This document shows positions 28,464-38,129 of a stretch of DNA of 64,000 nucleotides, piece by piece (position 1 is the stretch's first letter; every line of letters begins with the position of its first letter). The stretch covers positions 16,002-80,001 of the forward strand of contig JAJYVS010000005.1 of NCBI GenBank assembly GCA_021791895.1, given 5' to 3'. The stretch comes from Actinomycetes bacterium (GTDB lineage: Bacteria; Actinomycetota; Acidimicrobiia; Acidimicrobiales; RAAP-2). The translations under genes and the position numbers were made by a program. The notes under the pieces are model-generated. The model ran no database searches, was not told the DNA's origin, and saw only the letters and a program-made list of their open reading frames with translations.

Positions 28464-29447
28464 GTGCGACCGGTGCAAGCGCGTTCTTCTCCCTCGCTCG
28501 CCGCGCCCGCGTCGGGGCCAGTGCCCTCGGTTGACGCGGTCATCTGGGCGCGGGGTCTGTCCAAGCGCTTCGGGGACCTGGTCGCCGTGGACGGGATCGA
28601 CTTCGACATCGCCAAGGGTGAGTCCTTCGGGTTCCTCGGCCCGAACGGCGCCGGCAAGACCTCGACCATGCGGATGATCGCGTGCATGTCGCCCAAGAGT
28701 GCGGGGACCCTGCGGGTGCTCGGCATGGACCCCGAGACCGACGGGCCGGCCATCAGGGGACGCATCGGGTTGGTGCCCCAGGACGACAGCCTGGACCTGC
28801 AGCTCACCGTCTTGGACAACCTGATGATCTACGGCCGCTACTTCGACCTGCCGAAGCGGGTGATCAGGGAGCGGGCGGAGCGGCTCCTCGCTTTCGCCGA
28901 GCTGAGCGAGCGGGCTGACGACACCGTGGAGCCGCTGTCGGGAGGCATGAAGCGGCGGCTCACGATCGCCCGGGCACTCGTGAGTGAGCCGGATCTGCTC
29001 ATCTTGGACGAGCCGACCACCGGCCTCGACCCCCAGGCCCGGCACCTCCTGTGGGACCGCCTCTACCGCCTGAAGAGCGAGGGGGTGACGCTCGTGATCA
29101 CCACCCATTACATGGACGAGGCCGAGCAGCTCTGCGACCGGCTGGTGGTGATGGACAAGGGGCGAATCGCCGCCTCCGGTCCGCCGTCGGCGCTCATCGA
29201 CCGCTACTCGACCAAAGAGGTCCTCGAGCTACGCTTCCTCGGCGCCGATCCGCCTGGGGAAGCGTTGCGCGGGATCGGCGAGCGGATCGAGGTGCTGCCC
29301 GACCGGGTCCTCATCTACGCCGACGACGGCGAGGGCGCTATGGGCGAGGTCACCGACCGCGGGGTGGAGCCCACCGCGTGGCTCGTGCGCCGCTCGAGCC
29401 TCGAGGACGTCTTCTTGTCGTTGACCGGACGGACGCTCATCGACTGA
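28464..29447 (+). CDS. ABC transporter ATP-binding protein (DrrA/NodI-like)
   Basis: GPNGAGKTST, LSGGMKRRLTIARAL, LLILDEPTTGLD. Start at GTG 28464 or 28473. Confidence 0.85.
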   Translation: MRPVQARSSPSLAAPASGPVPSVDAVIWARGLSKRFGDLVAVDGIDFDIAKGESFGFLGPNGAGKTSTMRMIACMSPKSAGTLRVLGMDPETDGPAIRGRIGLVPQDDSLDLQLTVLDNLMIYGRYFDLPKRVIRERAERLLAFAELSERADDTVEPLSGGMKRRLTIARALVSEPDLLILDEPTTGLDPQARHLLWDRLYRLKSEGVTLVITTHYMDEAEQLCDRLVVMDKGRIAASGPPSALIDRYSTKEVLELRFLGADPPGEALRGIGERIEVLPDRVLIYADDGEGAMGEVTDRGVEPTAWLVRRSSLEDVFLSLTGRTLID

Positions 29448-29462
29448 TCGGGGGCCTCGGTC

Positions 29463-30281
29463 GTGACGACCGATCTCGAGACCTGGGGGATCCAGCACGC
29501 GCAGGGGGCACGGATGCCTCCCAGCCTGCGCGTGCTGCGGTACCACCTCTACACCTACCTGCGGACGTGGCGGTCGTCCCTCACGACCAGCTTCCTCGCG
29601 CCGGTCCTGTACCTGGCGGCGATGGGGGTCGGGCTCGGCTCGCTCATCAACCACCACGTCGGCACGGTCGACCACGTGCGCTATCTGACCTTCGTCGCCC
29701 CGGGCCTGCTCGCCGCGAGCGCCATGCAGGTGGCGGCGAGCGACTCGATGTACCCGGTGATGGCGGCGATCAAGTGGATTCGTACCTACTACGCCATGCT
29801 GGCCACGCCCCTGGAGGTGTCCGACGTCCTCCTCGGCCACTTCGCCTGGGTCACGACGCGCCTCGTGCTTACCGCGGTTACCTACCTCGGGGTCATGGCG
29901 GCGTTCGGGACGGTGCACTCCCCGCTGGCGGTCCTGGCCGTGCCGACCGCCATCCTGACCGGCCTGTCGTTCTCCGCGCTCATCTCGGCTTTCGCCGCGA
30001 CCCAGGAGAACGACCAGGGGTTTGCCACCATCTCGCGCATGGGGCTCATCCCGCTGTTCCTCCTGTCGGCCACGTTCTTCCCGATCAGCCAGCTGCCCGG
30101 GTGGATGCACCCCCTCGCCTACGCCACCCCGCTGTACCACGGGGTCGACCTGTGCCGGATGCTGACCCTGGGCGGGGTCGACTGGGTCTCCGCCGCCTGG
30201 GACCTCGTGTACCTGGTCGCCCTCACCTCGGCCGGGGTGCTCCTCTCCCGCCGGCTCTTCGCCCGGCGCCTGGTGGTATGA
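29463..30281 (+). CDS. ABC-2 type transporter permease
   Basis: 272 aa with six hydrophobic segments. ATGA overlap with the next permease. Alternative ATG start at 29514. Confidence 0.8.
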   Translation: MTTDLETWGIQHAQGARMPPSLRVLRYHLYTYLRTWRSSLTTSFLAPVLYLAAMGVGLGSLINHHVGTVDHVRYLTFVAPGLLAASAMQVAASDSMYPVMAAIKWIRTYYAMLATPLEVSDVLLGHFAWVTTRLVLTAVTYLGVMAAFGTVHSPLAVLAVPTAILTGLSFSALISAFAATQENDQGFATISRMGLIPLFLLSATFFPISQLPGWMHPLAYATPLYHGVDLCRMLTLGGVDWVSAAWDLVYLVALTSAGVLLSRRLFARRLVV

Positions 30282-31126
30282 GCGAGCCCGGCGCCCTCAC
30301 CCTGGCCCGCAACGGCGGTCTGCTCGCGCCGTCGGGACCCCGGATCACCCCGCTCGCCCTCCTCGGCCGGAGCGGGGCCAAGCGGGTGTTCCAGCGCAAC
30401 GTTGTCGTCTACCGCCGCGGCTGGAAGTTCCTCGTCTCGGGGTTCTTCGAGCCGTTCTTCTACCTGGTGTCGATCGGGCTCGGCCTGAGCAAGCTGGTCG
30501 GGGTGGTCCACCTCGACGGCCACGCCTTCCCCTACACGGTCTTCGTCGCCCCCGGCCTCCTCGCGGCCTCGGCGATGAACGGTGCGATCTTCGACTGCAC
30601 CTTCAAGATCTTCTTCCAGCTGAAGATCATGAAGGTCTACGACTCGATGCTGTCCACGCCGCTCTCCCCCGGGGACGTCGCGGCGGGGGAGCTCTTGTGG
30701 GCGCTCGCCCGGGGCGGCCTCTACTGCGGGGTCTTCATCTGTGTAATGGCCGGGTTCGGTTACGTGGGCACCCCGTGGGTGGTCCTGTGCTTCCCCGGCG
30801 CGATCTTCGCCGGGTACGCGTTCGCCGGGGTGGCTATGGCCGGCACCTCGTTCATGCGCAGCTGGCAGGACTTCGACTTCGTGTTCCTGGTCGCCCTGCC
30901 GCTCTTCTTGTTCTCGGCCACCTTCTACCCGCTCGCCGTCTACCCCGGCTGGCTGCAGCTGGTGATCCGTTGCACCCCCCTGTACCAGGCCGTGGCCCTC
31001 CTGCGGGGGTTCGACCTCGGGTTGTTCACCTGGTCGCTCCTCGGCCACGTTGCCTACCTGGTGGCGATGGGTTCGGCGGGACTGGCCGTCACCGCCCGGC
31101 GCCTGGCCCGGCTGGTCCTGCCCTAA
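30278..31126 (+). CDS. ABC-2 type transporter permease (second subunit)
   Basis: The real start is the internal ATG at 30278 (MSEPGALTLARNGG...) of the 691-aa track ORF. Paralogous to the preceding permease. Confidence 0.8.
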   Translation: MSEPGALTLARNGGLLAPSGPRITPLALLGRSGAKRVFQRNVVVYRRGWKFLVSGFFEPFFYLVSIGLGLSKLVGVVHLDGHAFPYTVFVAPGLLAASAMNGAIFDCTFKIFFQLKIMKVYDSMLSTPLSPGDVAAGELLWALARGGLYCGVFICVMAGFGYVGTPWVVLCFPGAIFAGYAFAGVAMAGTSFMRSWQDFDFVFLVALPLFLFSATFYPLAVYPGWLQLVIRCTPLYQAVALLRGFDLGLFTWSLLGHVAYLVAMGSAGLAVTARRLARLVLP

Positions 31127-31194
31127 GGCTGCGCTGGCGCGGCGTCGGGCCGTCGGGGGAATCTTGAGCGACGTTCGCGGAGGGGGAGGGATCC

Positions 31195-31971
31195 ATGGAC
31201 CTCGAGCTCGAAAACAAGGCGGTGCTCGTGACCGGCGGGTCCAACGGGCTCGGACGGGCCCTGTGCCACCGGTTGGTGGCCGAGGGGGCGGCCGTGGCCT
31301 TCTGCGGGCGCGACCCCGAGCGGATCGAGGAGACCCGAGCGGCCCTCGAGGCCGAAGGGGGACAGGTGCTTGCGGTGGCGGCCGACGTCACCGAGCACGC
31401 CGACCTCGCCCGGCTGCTCGAGGGCACGCTCGAGCGGTTCGGGCGCCTCGACGGGTTGGTCAACAACGCCGGCCGGGGTGCCGCCCGGCCGCTCCTCGAG
31501 CTGACCGACGCGGACTGGGACGAGGACCTGGCCCTGAAGCTGGCGGCGGCGACGCGCCTGTGCTCACTCGGGTTGGAGGCGCTCTCGCGCCAGGGCGGTT
31601 CGATCGTGAACGTGCTGGCCATCGGGGGCAAGACGCCGGGGTCCGGGTCCATGCCGTCGTCGGTGAGCCGGGCGGCGGGCCTCGCCCTCACCAAGGCCCT
31701 GTCGAAGGAGGCCGGACCGACCGGCGTCCGGGTGAACGCCGTCATGATCGGTCTGGTCGAGAGCGGCCAGTGGGAACGGCGGGCGGCCGCCGCCGGCACG
31801 TCGCTCGACGCGCTCTACGAGGACATGGCCAGAGGGTCGGGCATCCCGCTCGGCCGGGTCGGGCGGGCCGAGGAGTTCGCCGACCTGGTCGCGTTCTTGC
31901 TCTCACCCCGGGCCGGCTATGTGAGCGGGGCGGCGATCAACCTCGACGGCGGCCTGTGCGCCGTCGTGTGA
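31195..31971 (+). CDS. short-chain dehydrogenase/reductase
   Basis: KAVLVTGGSNGLGRAL...NNAG... Confidence 0.85.
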   Translation: MDLELENKAVLVTGGSNGLGRALCHRLVAEGAAVAFCGRDPERIEETRAALEAEGGQVLAVAADVTEHADLARLLEGTLERFGRLDGLVNNAGRGAARPLLELTDADWDEDLALKLAAATRLCSLGLEALSRQGGSIVNVLAIGGKTPGSGSMPSSVSRAAGLALTKALSKEAGPTGVRVNAVMIGLVESGQWERRAAAAGTSLDALYEDMARGSGIPLGRVGRAEEFADLVAFLLSPRAGYVSGAAINLDGGLCAVV

Positions 31972-31972
31972 C

Positions 31973-33808
31973 ATGAGCGGGCCCCCCGAGCCACTCGTCG
32001 CGACGGCCCCGCTCCAAGGGACGGTCGTCTCGGTCGTGGCGCCCGGCCAGGAGGTGGCGGCGGGCCAGACGGTGGCGGTCCTCGAGTCGATGAAGATGGA
32101 GCACGTCGTGGTGGCCGAGGTGGCAGGGACGGTGCTCGAGGTCGCGCCCCGGGCCGGCGACACCGTCGAGAAGGGCGATCCGCTGGTCGTCATCGAGCCC
32201 GGTGGGGTCGCGGCGTCGGCGCCGGTCGAACCGGCCGGTGCCGGCCCCGGGTTGCGCCCCGAGCTGGTCGAGCTGCAGTCCCGGCGGGCGCGCCTCGAGG
32301 ATGCCGCCCGACCCGACGCCATGGCCCGCCGGCACGCCACCGGTCACCGGAGCGCCCGGGAGAACCTGGCCGACCTGATCGACGAGGGCTCCTTCGTCGA
32401 GTACGGCGGCCTGGTGGTCGCGGCCCAACGCCGGCGGCGCAGCGTCGAAGAGCTCATCGAGCGGACGCCCGGCGACGGGCTGGTGGGCGGGATCGCCCGT
32501 GTGAACGGGGCCATTGTCGGCGAGGACCGGGCCCGCTGCGCCGTCGTCTCCTACGACTACACCGTCTTGGCCGGGACCCAGGGGCACATGAACCACCGGA
32601 AAAAGGACCGGCTCTTCGAGCTCATCGAGCGGATGCGGCTGCCGCTCGTCCTCTTCGCCGAGGGCGGCGGCGGCCGTCCCGGTGACACCGACGGGGCTGG
32701 CGTGACCGGCCTCGACACCCGGGCCTTCGCGCTGTTCGCCAGCCTGAGCGGCCTGGTCCCGCTGGTGGGGGTGGTGGGGGGTCGCTGCTTCGCCGGCAAC
32801 GCCGCCTTGCTCGGCTGCTGCGACGTGATCATCGCCACCGCCGACACCACGCTCGGGATGGGCGGCCCGGCCATGATCGAGGGTGGCGGCCTCGGGGTGT
32901 TCGCGCCCGAGGCGGTGGGCCCGATGTCGGTCCAGGTGGACAACGGGGTCGTCGACGTGGCAGTCGAGGACGACGCGGCCGCGGTGGCCGCGGCCAAGAG
33001 GTACCTCTCCTACTTCCAGGGACGGTTCGCCGGGTGGGACTGCGCCGACCAGGAGGCGCTGCGGACGTGCGTGCCCGAGGACCGCCGCCGGATCTACGAC
33101 GTCCACCGGGTCTTGGAGCTCCTGGTCGATACGGGGTCGGTCCTCGAGCTGCGCCCCACCTACGGCCCGGCCATGGTGACGGCGCTATGCCGCCTGGAAG
33201 GGCGCCCGGTCGGGGTGGTGGCGAACAACCCCGTGCACCTCGCCGGTGCGATCGACGGCCCGGCCGCCAACAAGGCGGCCCGGTTCCTCGCCCTCTGCGA
33301 CGCCTTCGACCTCCCGGTCGTCTTCCTCTGCGACACCCCCGGGTTCATGGTCGGACCCGAGGCCGAGCGGGCGGCCCTGGTTCGCCACGCAGGCCGGCTC
33401 TTCGTCACCGGGGCCAGCCTGACCGTGCCGTTCTGCACGGTGGTCCTGCGCAAGGGCTACGGCCTGGGCGCCCAGGCTATGGCCGGCGGGAGCTTCCGCG
33501 AGCCGCTGTGGATCGGCTCCTGGCCGACCGGCGAGTTCGGTGGCATGGGGCTCGAGGGGGCGGTCCGGCTCGGCTATCGCCGTGAGCTCGAGGCGGTGGA
33601 GGACGAGGCCGAGCGCGAGGCGCTGTTCGAGGCGATGGTGCAGCGCTCGTACTCGGTGGGCAAGGCCCTCAACGTGGCCACCTACTTCGAGGTCGACGAG
33701 GTCATTGACCCGGCTGAGACCCGGGAGCGGTTGTCGGCGGTCCTCGCCGCGGCCCCGGCCCCGCCGGCCCGGACGGCGAAGAAGCGTCCGGTCGTCGATC
33801 CGTGGTGA
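31973..33808 (+). CDS. biotin carboxyl carrier domain fused to acyl-CoA carboxyltransferase (beta-subunit-like)
   Basis: N-terminal biotinyl domain (GQTVAVLESMKMEHVVVAEVAGTV), a Pro/Ala linker, then a roughly 510-aa carboxyltransferase (...DYTVLAGTQGHMNHRKKDRL...GEFGGMGLEGAV...). Confidence 0.85.
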   Translation: MSGPPEPLVATAPLQGTVVSVVAPGQEVAAGQTVAVLESMKMEHVVVAEVAGTVLEVAPRAGDTVEKGDPLVVIEPGGVAASAPVEPAGAGPGLRPELVELQSRRARLEDAARPDAMARRHATGHRSARENLADLIDEGSFVEYGGLVVAAQRRRRSVEELIERTPGDGLVGGIARVNGAIVGEDRARCAVVSYDYTVLAGTQGHMNHRKKDRLFELIERMRLPLVLFAEGGGGRPGDTDGAGVTGLDTRAFALFASLSGLVPLVGVVGGRCFAGNAALLGCCDVIIATADTTLGMGGPAMIEGGGLGVFAPEAVGPMSVQVDNGVVDVAVEDDAAAVAAAKRYLSYFQGRFAGWDCADQEALRTCVPEDRRRIYDVHRVLELLVDTGSVLELRPTYGPAMVTALCRLEGRPVGVVANNPVHLAGAIDGPAANKAARFLALCDAFDLPVVFLCDTPGFMVGPEAERAALVRHAGRLFVTGASLTVPFCTVVLRKGYGLGAQAMAGGSFREPLWIGSWPTGEFGGMGLEGAVRLGYRRELEAVEDEAEREALFEAMVQRSYSVGKALNVATYFEVDEVIDPAETRERLSAVLAAAPAPPARTAKKRPVVDPW

Positions 33809-33954
33809 GTCGGATCGCCCATTGTCCGGCGCCCCGCCGGCAGGCTAGGTTCGTGGCCTCCGGAGATGGGCCGACGGCCCCCGATCGGATCTTGGGATGA
33901 GGGGGTTCCGCGGGCGGCGCCCCGGGGAGTCGGTGAAGGCCGCTCCCCAGGGGC

Positions 33955-33991
33955 GGTCGTCCATCGGTCCCGAAGGGTCCCTCGGACGACC
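33955..33991. terminator. hairpin between convergent genes (8-bp outer stem ggtcgtcc/ggacgacc)
   Basis: Perfect 8-bp inverted repeat enclosing 21 nt. It lies in the 198-bp spacer between the carboxylase and quinone oxidoreductase 3' ends. Confidence 0.3.
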
Positions 33992-34006
33992 CGTTCTCCT
34001 GAACCC

Positions 34007-34957
34007 TCAGTTCTGCCCTGCCACGAGGACCACTTTGCCGAGCTTGTGCCCGGCCTCGAAGCGGTCGTAGGCCGCAGCGGCCTCGGCGAAGGTGAAGGTG
34101 GCGCAGACCGGGACCGAGAGCGCCCCCGAGGCCAGGTGGGGGAGGACGTGGCGTCGCACCGCCTCGACCACCGACCCCTTGGCCACCCGGTCGCGGGCCC
34201 GCAACGTCGAGCCCGAGATGCGGGCCCGCTTGGCCATCACCGCGCCGAGCTGGAGCGTGACCTCCCTGCCGCTGCCGATGCCGATGACCGCGATCCTCCC
34301 GCCGACCCCGAGCGCGGCGAGGGCATCCGGGAAGCTGGCCGCGCCGACCAGCTCGAGGACCACGTCGTAGGGGCCGTGGTCGGCGACCGAGTCGGGATCG
34401 ATGGCCTCGTGGGCCCCGAGGTCGCGCAGCGCCCCTCGGCGGTCCGGGTCGCGGACCGAGGCGACCACGGTGGCGCCGGCGAGCCGACCCAGTTGGACCG
34501 CGGCGGTGCCGACGCCGCCAGCGGCCCCGGTGACCAGCAGACGCTCGCCTGATGCCAGGCCGGCTTGGCTGAACAGCGCGTCGAACGCGGTGCAGAAGGT
34601 CTCGGGGAACCCGCCGGCCTGTTCCCACCCGACGCCGTCGGGGACCGCCAGCGCGTGGGCCTCGTCGACCACCGCGATCTCGGCCTGGCCGCCCCCGCCC
34701 AACAGGCCCATGACCCGGTCGCCGGCGGCGAACCGACGGACCTGGCGCCCCACCGCCACGACGACTCCGGCCATCTCCAGGCCCGGTACGTCGGCCGGGG
34801 ACCCAGGCGGGGCCGGGTACACCCCCCGGCGCTGGCCGAGGTCGGCGCCGTTCAGGCCGGCACCTTGCACCGAGACGCAGAGCTCGGTGTCGCCGGGCAC
34901 CGGGTCGGGTTGCTCGGTCCAGACGAGCTCACCGTTCGCGATCACCACGGCGTGCAT
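34007..34957 (-). CDS. NAD(P)H:quinone oxidoreductase (medium-chain dehydrogenase/reductase (MDR) family)
   Basis: MHAVVIANGELVWTEQPDPVPGDTELCVSVQGAGLNGADLGQRRGVYPAPPG...LVTGAAGGVGTAAVQL... Confidence 0.85.
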   Translation of the reverse strand: MHAVVIANGELVWTEQPDPVPGDTELCVSVQGAGLNGADLGQRRGVYPAPPGSPADVPGLEMAGVVVAVGRQVRRFAAGDRVMGLLGGGGQAEIAVVDEAHALAVPDGVGWEQAGGFPETFCTAFDALFSQAGLASGERLLVTGAAGGVGTAAVQLGRLAGATVVASVRDPDRRGALRDLGAHEAIDPDSVADHGPYDVVLELVGAASFPDALAALGVGGRIAVIGIGSGREVTLQLGAVMAKRARISGSTLRARDRVAKGSVVEAVRRHVLPHLASGALSVPVCATFTFAEAAAAYDRFEAGHKLGKVVLVAGQN

Positions 34958-35035
34958 GCGACCTCCTCGGTCACGGTCGGTCGCGAGCCTGGCCCAAGGG
35001 CCCGGGACGGCGCCACCACAGTGCCGGGGCCGCGA

Positions 35036-36649
35036 CTACGCCGGAGGGTCCGGGTCGACCAGCACCCCGGGGTTCATCACACCCCCCGGGTCGACCGCCC
35101 GCTTGGCCGCCCGCAGCGCCGCGGCGAACAGCTCGGGTCGTTCCCGGTCGTACCAGGGCCGGTGCTGACGACCGACCGCGTGGTGGTGGGTGATGGTGCC
35201 CCCGGCAGCCTCGATGGCGTCCGATGCCGCCGCCTTGATGGCGGCCTGCTGGCCCAGCGGGTCGGCGCCCGAGCGATAGGCGCCGAGGTAGGTGTAGTAG
35301 GGCGCCGGACCGTCGGGGTAGACGTGGGTGAACCGGCAGTTGAGCGTCCCGCCGCCACAGGCCTCGTCCAGCGCGGCCGTCGTGGCCTCACGGACCGCGT
35401 GATCGAAGGCCGGCCAGCGGTCCCAGGTGATCGCGGTCTCGAAGGTGCCCGAGACGAGCCCGAGCCCGGCGTTGGCCCCCCCGAGGCCACCGGAGCCGGG
35501 GATGAAGGCCTGTCGCCAGGCTCCGACCGCGCCCGAGCGCCCGGTGGCCTCACCGTGGCCGTCGTCGACGACCAGCTCGTCGTCGGCGACGAGGCCCCCC
35601 GAGGCGCGGGCGACGCCCACCGCGAGCTCGAGGAGCGCCCGCTGGGACACCTCGGCCGACTCGAAGCCGATGATCAGGAGGGCCTGGCCGCCTTCGATCC
35701 CGGCGCTGCCGGCCGCGAGCTCCGGGTCGAGCAGGCGGAGGTTGGCCGGCCACAGCTTGGCCTGGACGATCCTTCGGGTGGCCTCGTAGCCGGCCGCCCA
35801 ATCGGCGAACCGGACGCCGGCGGTGGCCCGGAACCGAGGCCGGGCCTGGATCCGCATCCAGGCCTCGGAGATGACGCCGAGGATCCCCTCGGATCCGATG
35901 ACGAGTCGGTTGGGGTCGGGGCCGGCACCTGAGCCCGGAAGCCTGCGGGTCTCCAGCCACCCGGTCGGGGTGAGCATCCGCACCGACTCGACGAACTCGT
36001 CGATGTGCGTGTGGTTGGTCGCGTAGTGCCCGCCGGAGCGGGTCGCGATCCATCCCCCGAGCGTCGAGCCGGTGAAGCTCTGGGGGAAGTGCCGCAGGGT
36101 GAAGCCGAGTGGACGGAGCTGGTCCTCCAAGTGGGGACCGAAGACCCCGGCCTGGATGCGGGCGGCGCGCGAGACGTCGTCGACCTCGAGGACCCGGTCG
36201 AGCTGGTCCATGGCGACGGTCACGACCGGTCCGTTGTCCGCTGGCGGGGTGACGCCGCCGACGACCGAGGAGCCCCCGCCGTAGGGGACCATGCAGTACC
36301 CGGCGTCCCCGCACCAGTCGATGATCGCCTCGAGCTCATCCTCGGTGCGCGGGTGGGCGACGGCATCGGGCGGGTTCGGGTACCGGCCGAAGGGGGCGTG
36401 ATCGACCCGGTCGTAGCCATAGGAGTGGTAGGCGCGCTCCCAGGTGTCCTGGCGGCAGCAGCCCGCGAGCGACGCGGGGACGGCCACCCGCGGGGCGCGC
36501 AGCGTCAGCTCGTCGAGGTTGGGGATGCGGGGAGCGGCGAGTTCGGTCCCGAACCGGGCCGACAGTGAGGCCGCCACCTCTCGGCGGCGCGCCTCGGTCG
36601 GCTCGTCGGCCTCCAGGCCCCACATCCACAGGCTTCGGCGCGGCGCCAA
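35036..36649 (-). CDS. FAD-linked oxidase (alkyl-DHAP-synthase-like)
   Basis: ...PDAVAHPRTEDELEAIIDWCGDAGYCMVPYGGGSSVVGGV... is an FAD-binding PCMH domain. The C-terminal region resembles AGPS/glycolate oxidase. Confidence 0.85.
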   Translation of the reverse strand: MAPRRSLWMWGLEADEPTEARRREVAASLSARFGTELAAPRIPNLDELTLRAPRVAVPASLAGCCRQDTWERAYHSYGYDRVDHAPFGRYPNPPDAVAHPRTEDELEAIIDWCGDAGYCMVPYGGGSSVVGGVTPPADNGPVVTVAMDQLDRVLEVDDVSRAARIQAGVFGPHLEDQLRPLGFTLRHFPQSFTGSTLGGWIATRSGGHYATNHTHIDEFVESVRMLTPTGWLETRRLPGSGAGPDPNRLVIGSEGILGVISEAWMRIQARPRFRATAGVRFADWAAGYEATRRIVQAKLWPANLRLLDPELAAGSAGIEGGQALLIIGFESAEVSQRALLELAVGVARASGGLVADDELVVDDGHGEATGRSGAVGAWRQAFIPGSGGLGGANAGLGLVSGTFETAITWDRWPAFDHAVREATTAALDEACGGGTLNCRFTHVYPDGPAPYYTYLGAYRSGADPLGQQAAIKAAASDAIEAAGGTITHHHAVGRQHRPWYDRERPELFAAALRAAKRAVDPGGVMNPGVLVDPDPPA

Positions 36650-36750
36650 CGTCGGGCTCCTCTGTCGTCACGGGTCGGCCGGCGGACGCGGCCCCGGCCG
36701 GATGGTATCGGCCGCGGCGATCGGCCGGTCGATCCGTTAGCCTCCCGGCC

Positions 36751-37239
36751 ATGGCTCTTTTCGACATCCCCATCGCGACCCTCGACGGGCAGTCGTCGTC
36801 CCTGGCGGCGTATCAGGGCAAGACGCTCCTGATGGTCAACGTCGCCTCCAAGTGCGGCCTCACCCCCCAGTACACCGGGCTGGAGGAACTCCAGAAGACC
36901 TACGGCGATCGGGGGTTCAGCGTGCTCGGGTTCCCCTGTAACCAGTTCGGCGGGCAGGAGCCGGGCACCCCCGAGGAGATCGCCACCTTCTGCTCCACCA
37001 CCTACGGGGTGACCTTCCCCATGTTCGAGAAGATCGACGTGAACGGGCAGGGCCGCCACCCGATCTACCAGGAGCTGACCCAGGTCCCCGACGCCGAGGG
37101 CAACGCCGGCGACATCCAGTGGAACTTCGAGAAGTTCCTCGTGGCCCCGTCCGGTCAGATCGTGGCCCGGTTCCGTCCGCGGACCGAGCCGCAGGACCCG
37201 ACCGTCCTCGAGGCCATCACCGCCAACCTGCCGTCCTGA
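36751..37239 (+). CDS. glutathione peroxidase family protein
   Basis: Internal ATG at 36751. LLMVNVASKCGLTPQY...GFPCNQFGGQEPG...WNFEKFLV. Confidence 0.9.
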   Translation: MALFDIPIATLDGQSSSLAAYQGKTLLMVNVASKCGLTPQYTGLEELQKTYGDRGFSVLGFPCNQFGGQEPGTPEEIATFCSTTYGVTFPMFEKIDVNGQGRHPIYQELTQVPDAEGNAGDIQWNFEKFLVAPSGQIVARFRPRTEPQDPTVLEAITANLPS

Positions 37240-37267
37240 GCGCTGGCCCCGGCCGGTGGGCACGCCG

Positions 37268-37990
37268 ATGACCGCCGGCTTCGACGCGTCCATCTTCGAC
37301 ATGGACGGACTCCTCGTCGACTCCGAGCCCCTGTGGCAGGCTGCCGAGGTCGAGATCCTCGGTGCTCTCGGGGTGCCCCTCGACCCGAACCGGTGCCGAC
37401 AGACCAAGGGGATGTTCGTCGGCGAGGTGACGGTGTATTGGCACGAGCGCTTCCCCTGGGACGGGCCGTCCACCGACGAGGTCGCGCTGCGGGTGGTCGA
37501 CCGGGTCTGCGAGCTGGTCGTCGAGCGCGGCGTCCTGCAGCCCGGCGTGCACCAGACACTCGAGCTGTGCCGATCCCACGGCCTCGCGCTGGCAGTCGCC
37601 TCGTCCTCGGGGTACCGGCTGATCGAGTTGGTCCTCGACCACTTCGGGCTGGCCGTGTCGTTCCCTGTCGTCCACTCGGCCGAGGACGAGCCGCTCGGCA
37701 AGCCCCACCCCGGCGTCTACCTCGGGGCGGCGGCCAAGCTCGGGGTCGACCCGACCCGCTGCCTCGCCTGGGAGGACGCCGCCGCCGGCGTGCTGGCGGC
37801 CAAGGCCGCCCGGATGGTGTGCGTCGCCGTGCCCGAGGCGGCAGAACGGGACCGGCCGGCCTTTTCCATCGCCGACGCCGTCCTCGGGTCGCTCGTCGAG
37901 GTCGATGAGCCGCTCTACGAGTCGCTGGTGGCCGCCAGCGCGCTGCCCGGTCTCGGCGCGCCCGAGGTCCCCGCCGAGCGCGCCACCTGA
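37268..37990 (+). CDS. HAD-superfamily hydrolase (sugar-phosphatase/beta-PGM subfamily)
   Basis: IFDMDGLLVDSE (DxD motif)...GKPHPGVYL...EDAAAGVLAAKAA. Start at ATG 37268 or GTG 37256. Confidence 0.8.
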   Translation: MTAGFDASIFDMDGLLVDSEPLWQAAEVEILGALGVPLDPNRCRQTKGMFVGEVTVYWHERFPWDGPSTDEVALRVVDRVCELVVERGVLQPGVHQTLELCRSHGLALAVASSSGYRLIELVLDHFGLAVSFPVVHSAEDEPLGKPHPGVYLGAAAKLGVDPTRCLAWEDAAAGVLAAKAARMVCVAVPEAAERDRPAFSIADAVLGSLVEVDEPLYESLVAASALPGLGAPEVPAERAT

Positions 37991-38129
37991 ACGTCGGCAC
38001 CTCGGGTCCGCAGTGTCGTATCGGGGGGTGCGCCGGTCGTCGCGGGTGGCCGTGGACAGGCCGTAGGCTTGCCCGCACCGATCGGCCCGGTCGGCGCGAC
38101 CACGACGAGAAGACCCCTTCGAGAGCCCG

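Noticed and set aside
29051-31126. 691-aa plus-strand ORF as a single large protein
   Set aside because: The first roughly 400 aa are an out-of-frame read through the ABC ATPase and first permease genes (Arg/Pro/Gly-rich). Only the last 282 aa, from ATG 30278, look like a real ABC-2 permease.
37991-38129. T-box riboswitch in the 139-nt ileS leader (actinobacterial ileS genes are known to use T-boxes)
   Set aside because: I see an AUC triplet (38019-38021) in a possible loop and a GGGUGG box (38044-38049). However, the sequence after it (CCGUGGA) does not match the canonical GGGUGGNACCGCG. The bulge would read UGGC, not the UGGU expected for tRNA-Ile. I could not draw a convincing Stem I or sequestrator. 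cmsearch with RF00230 is needed, so I make no call.
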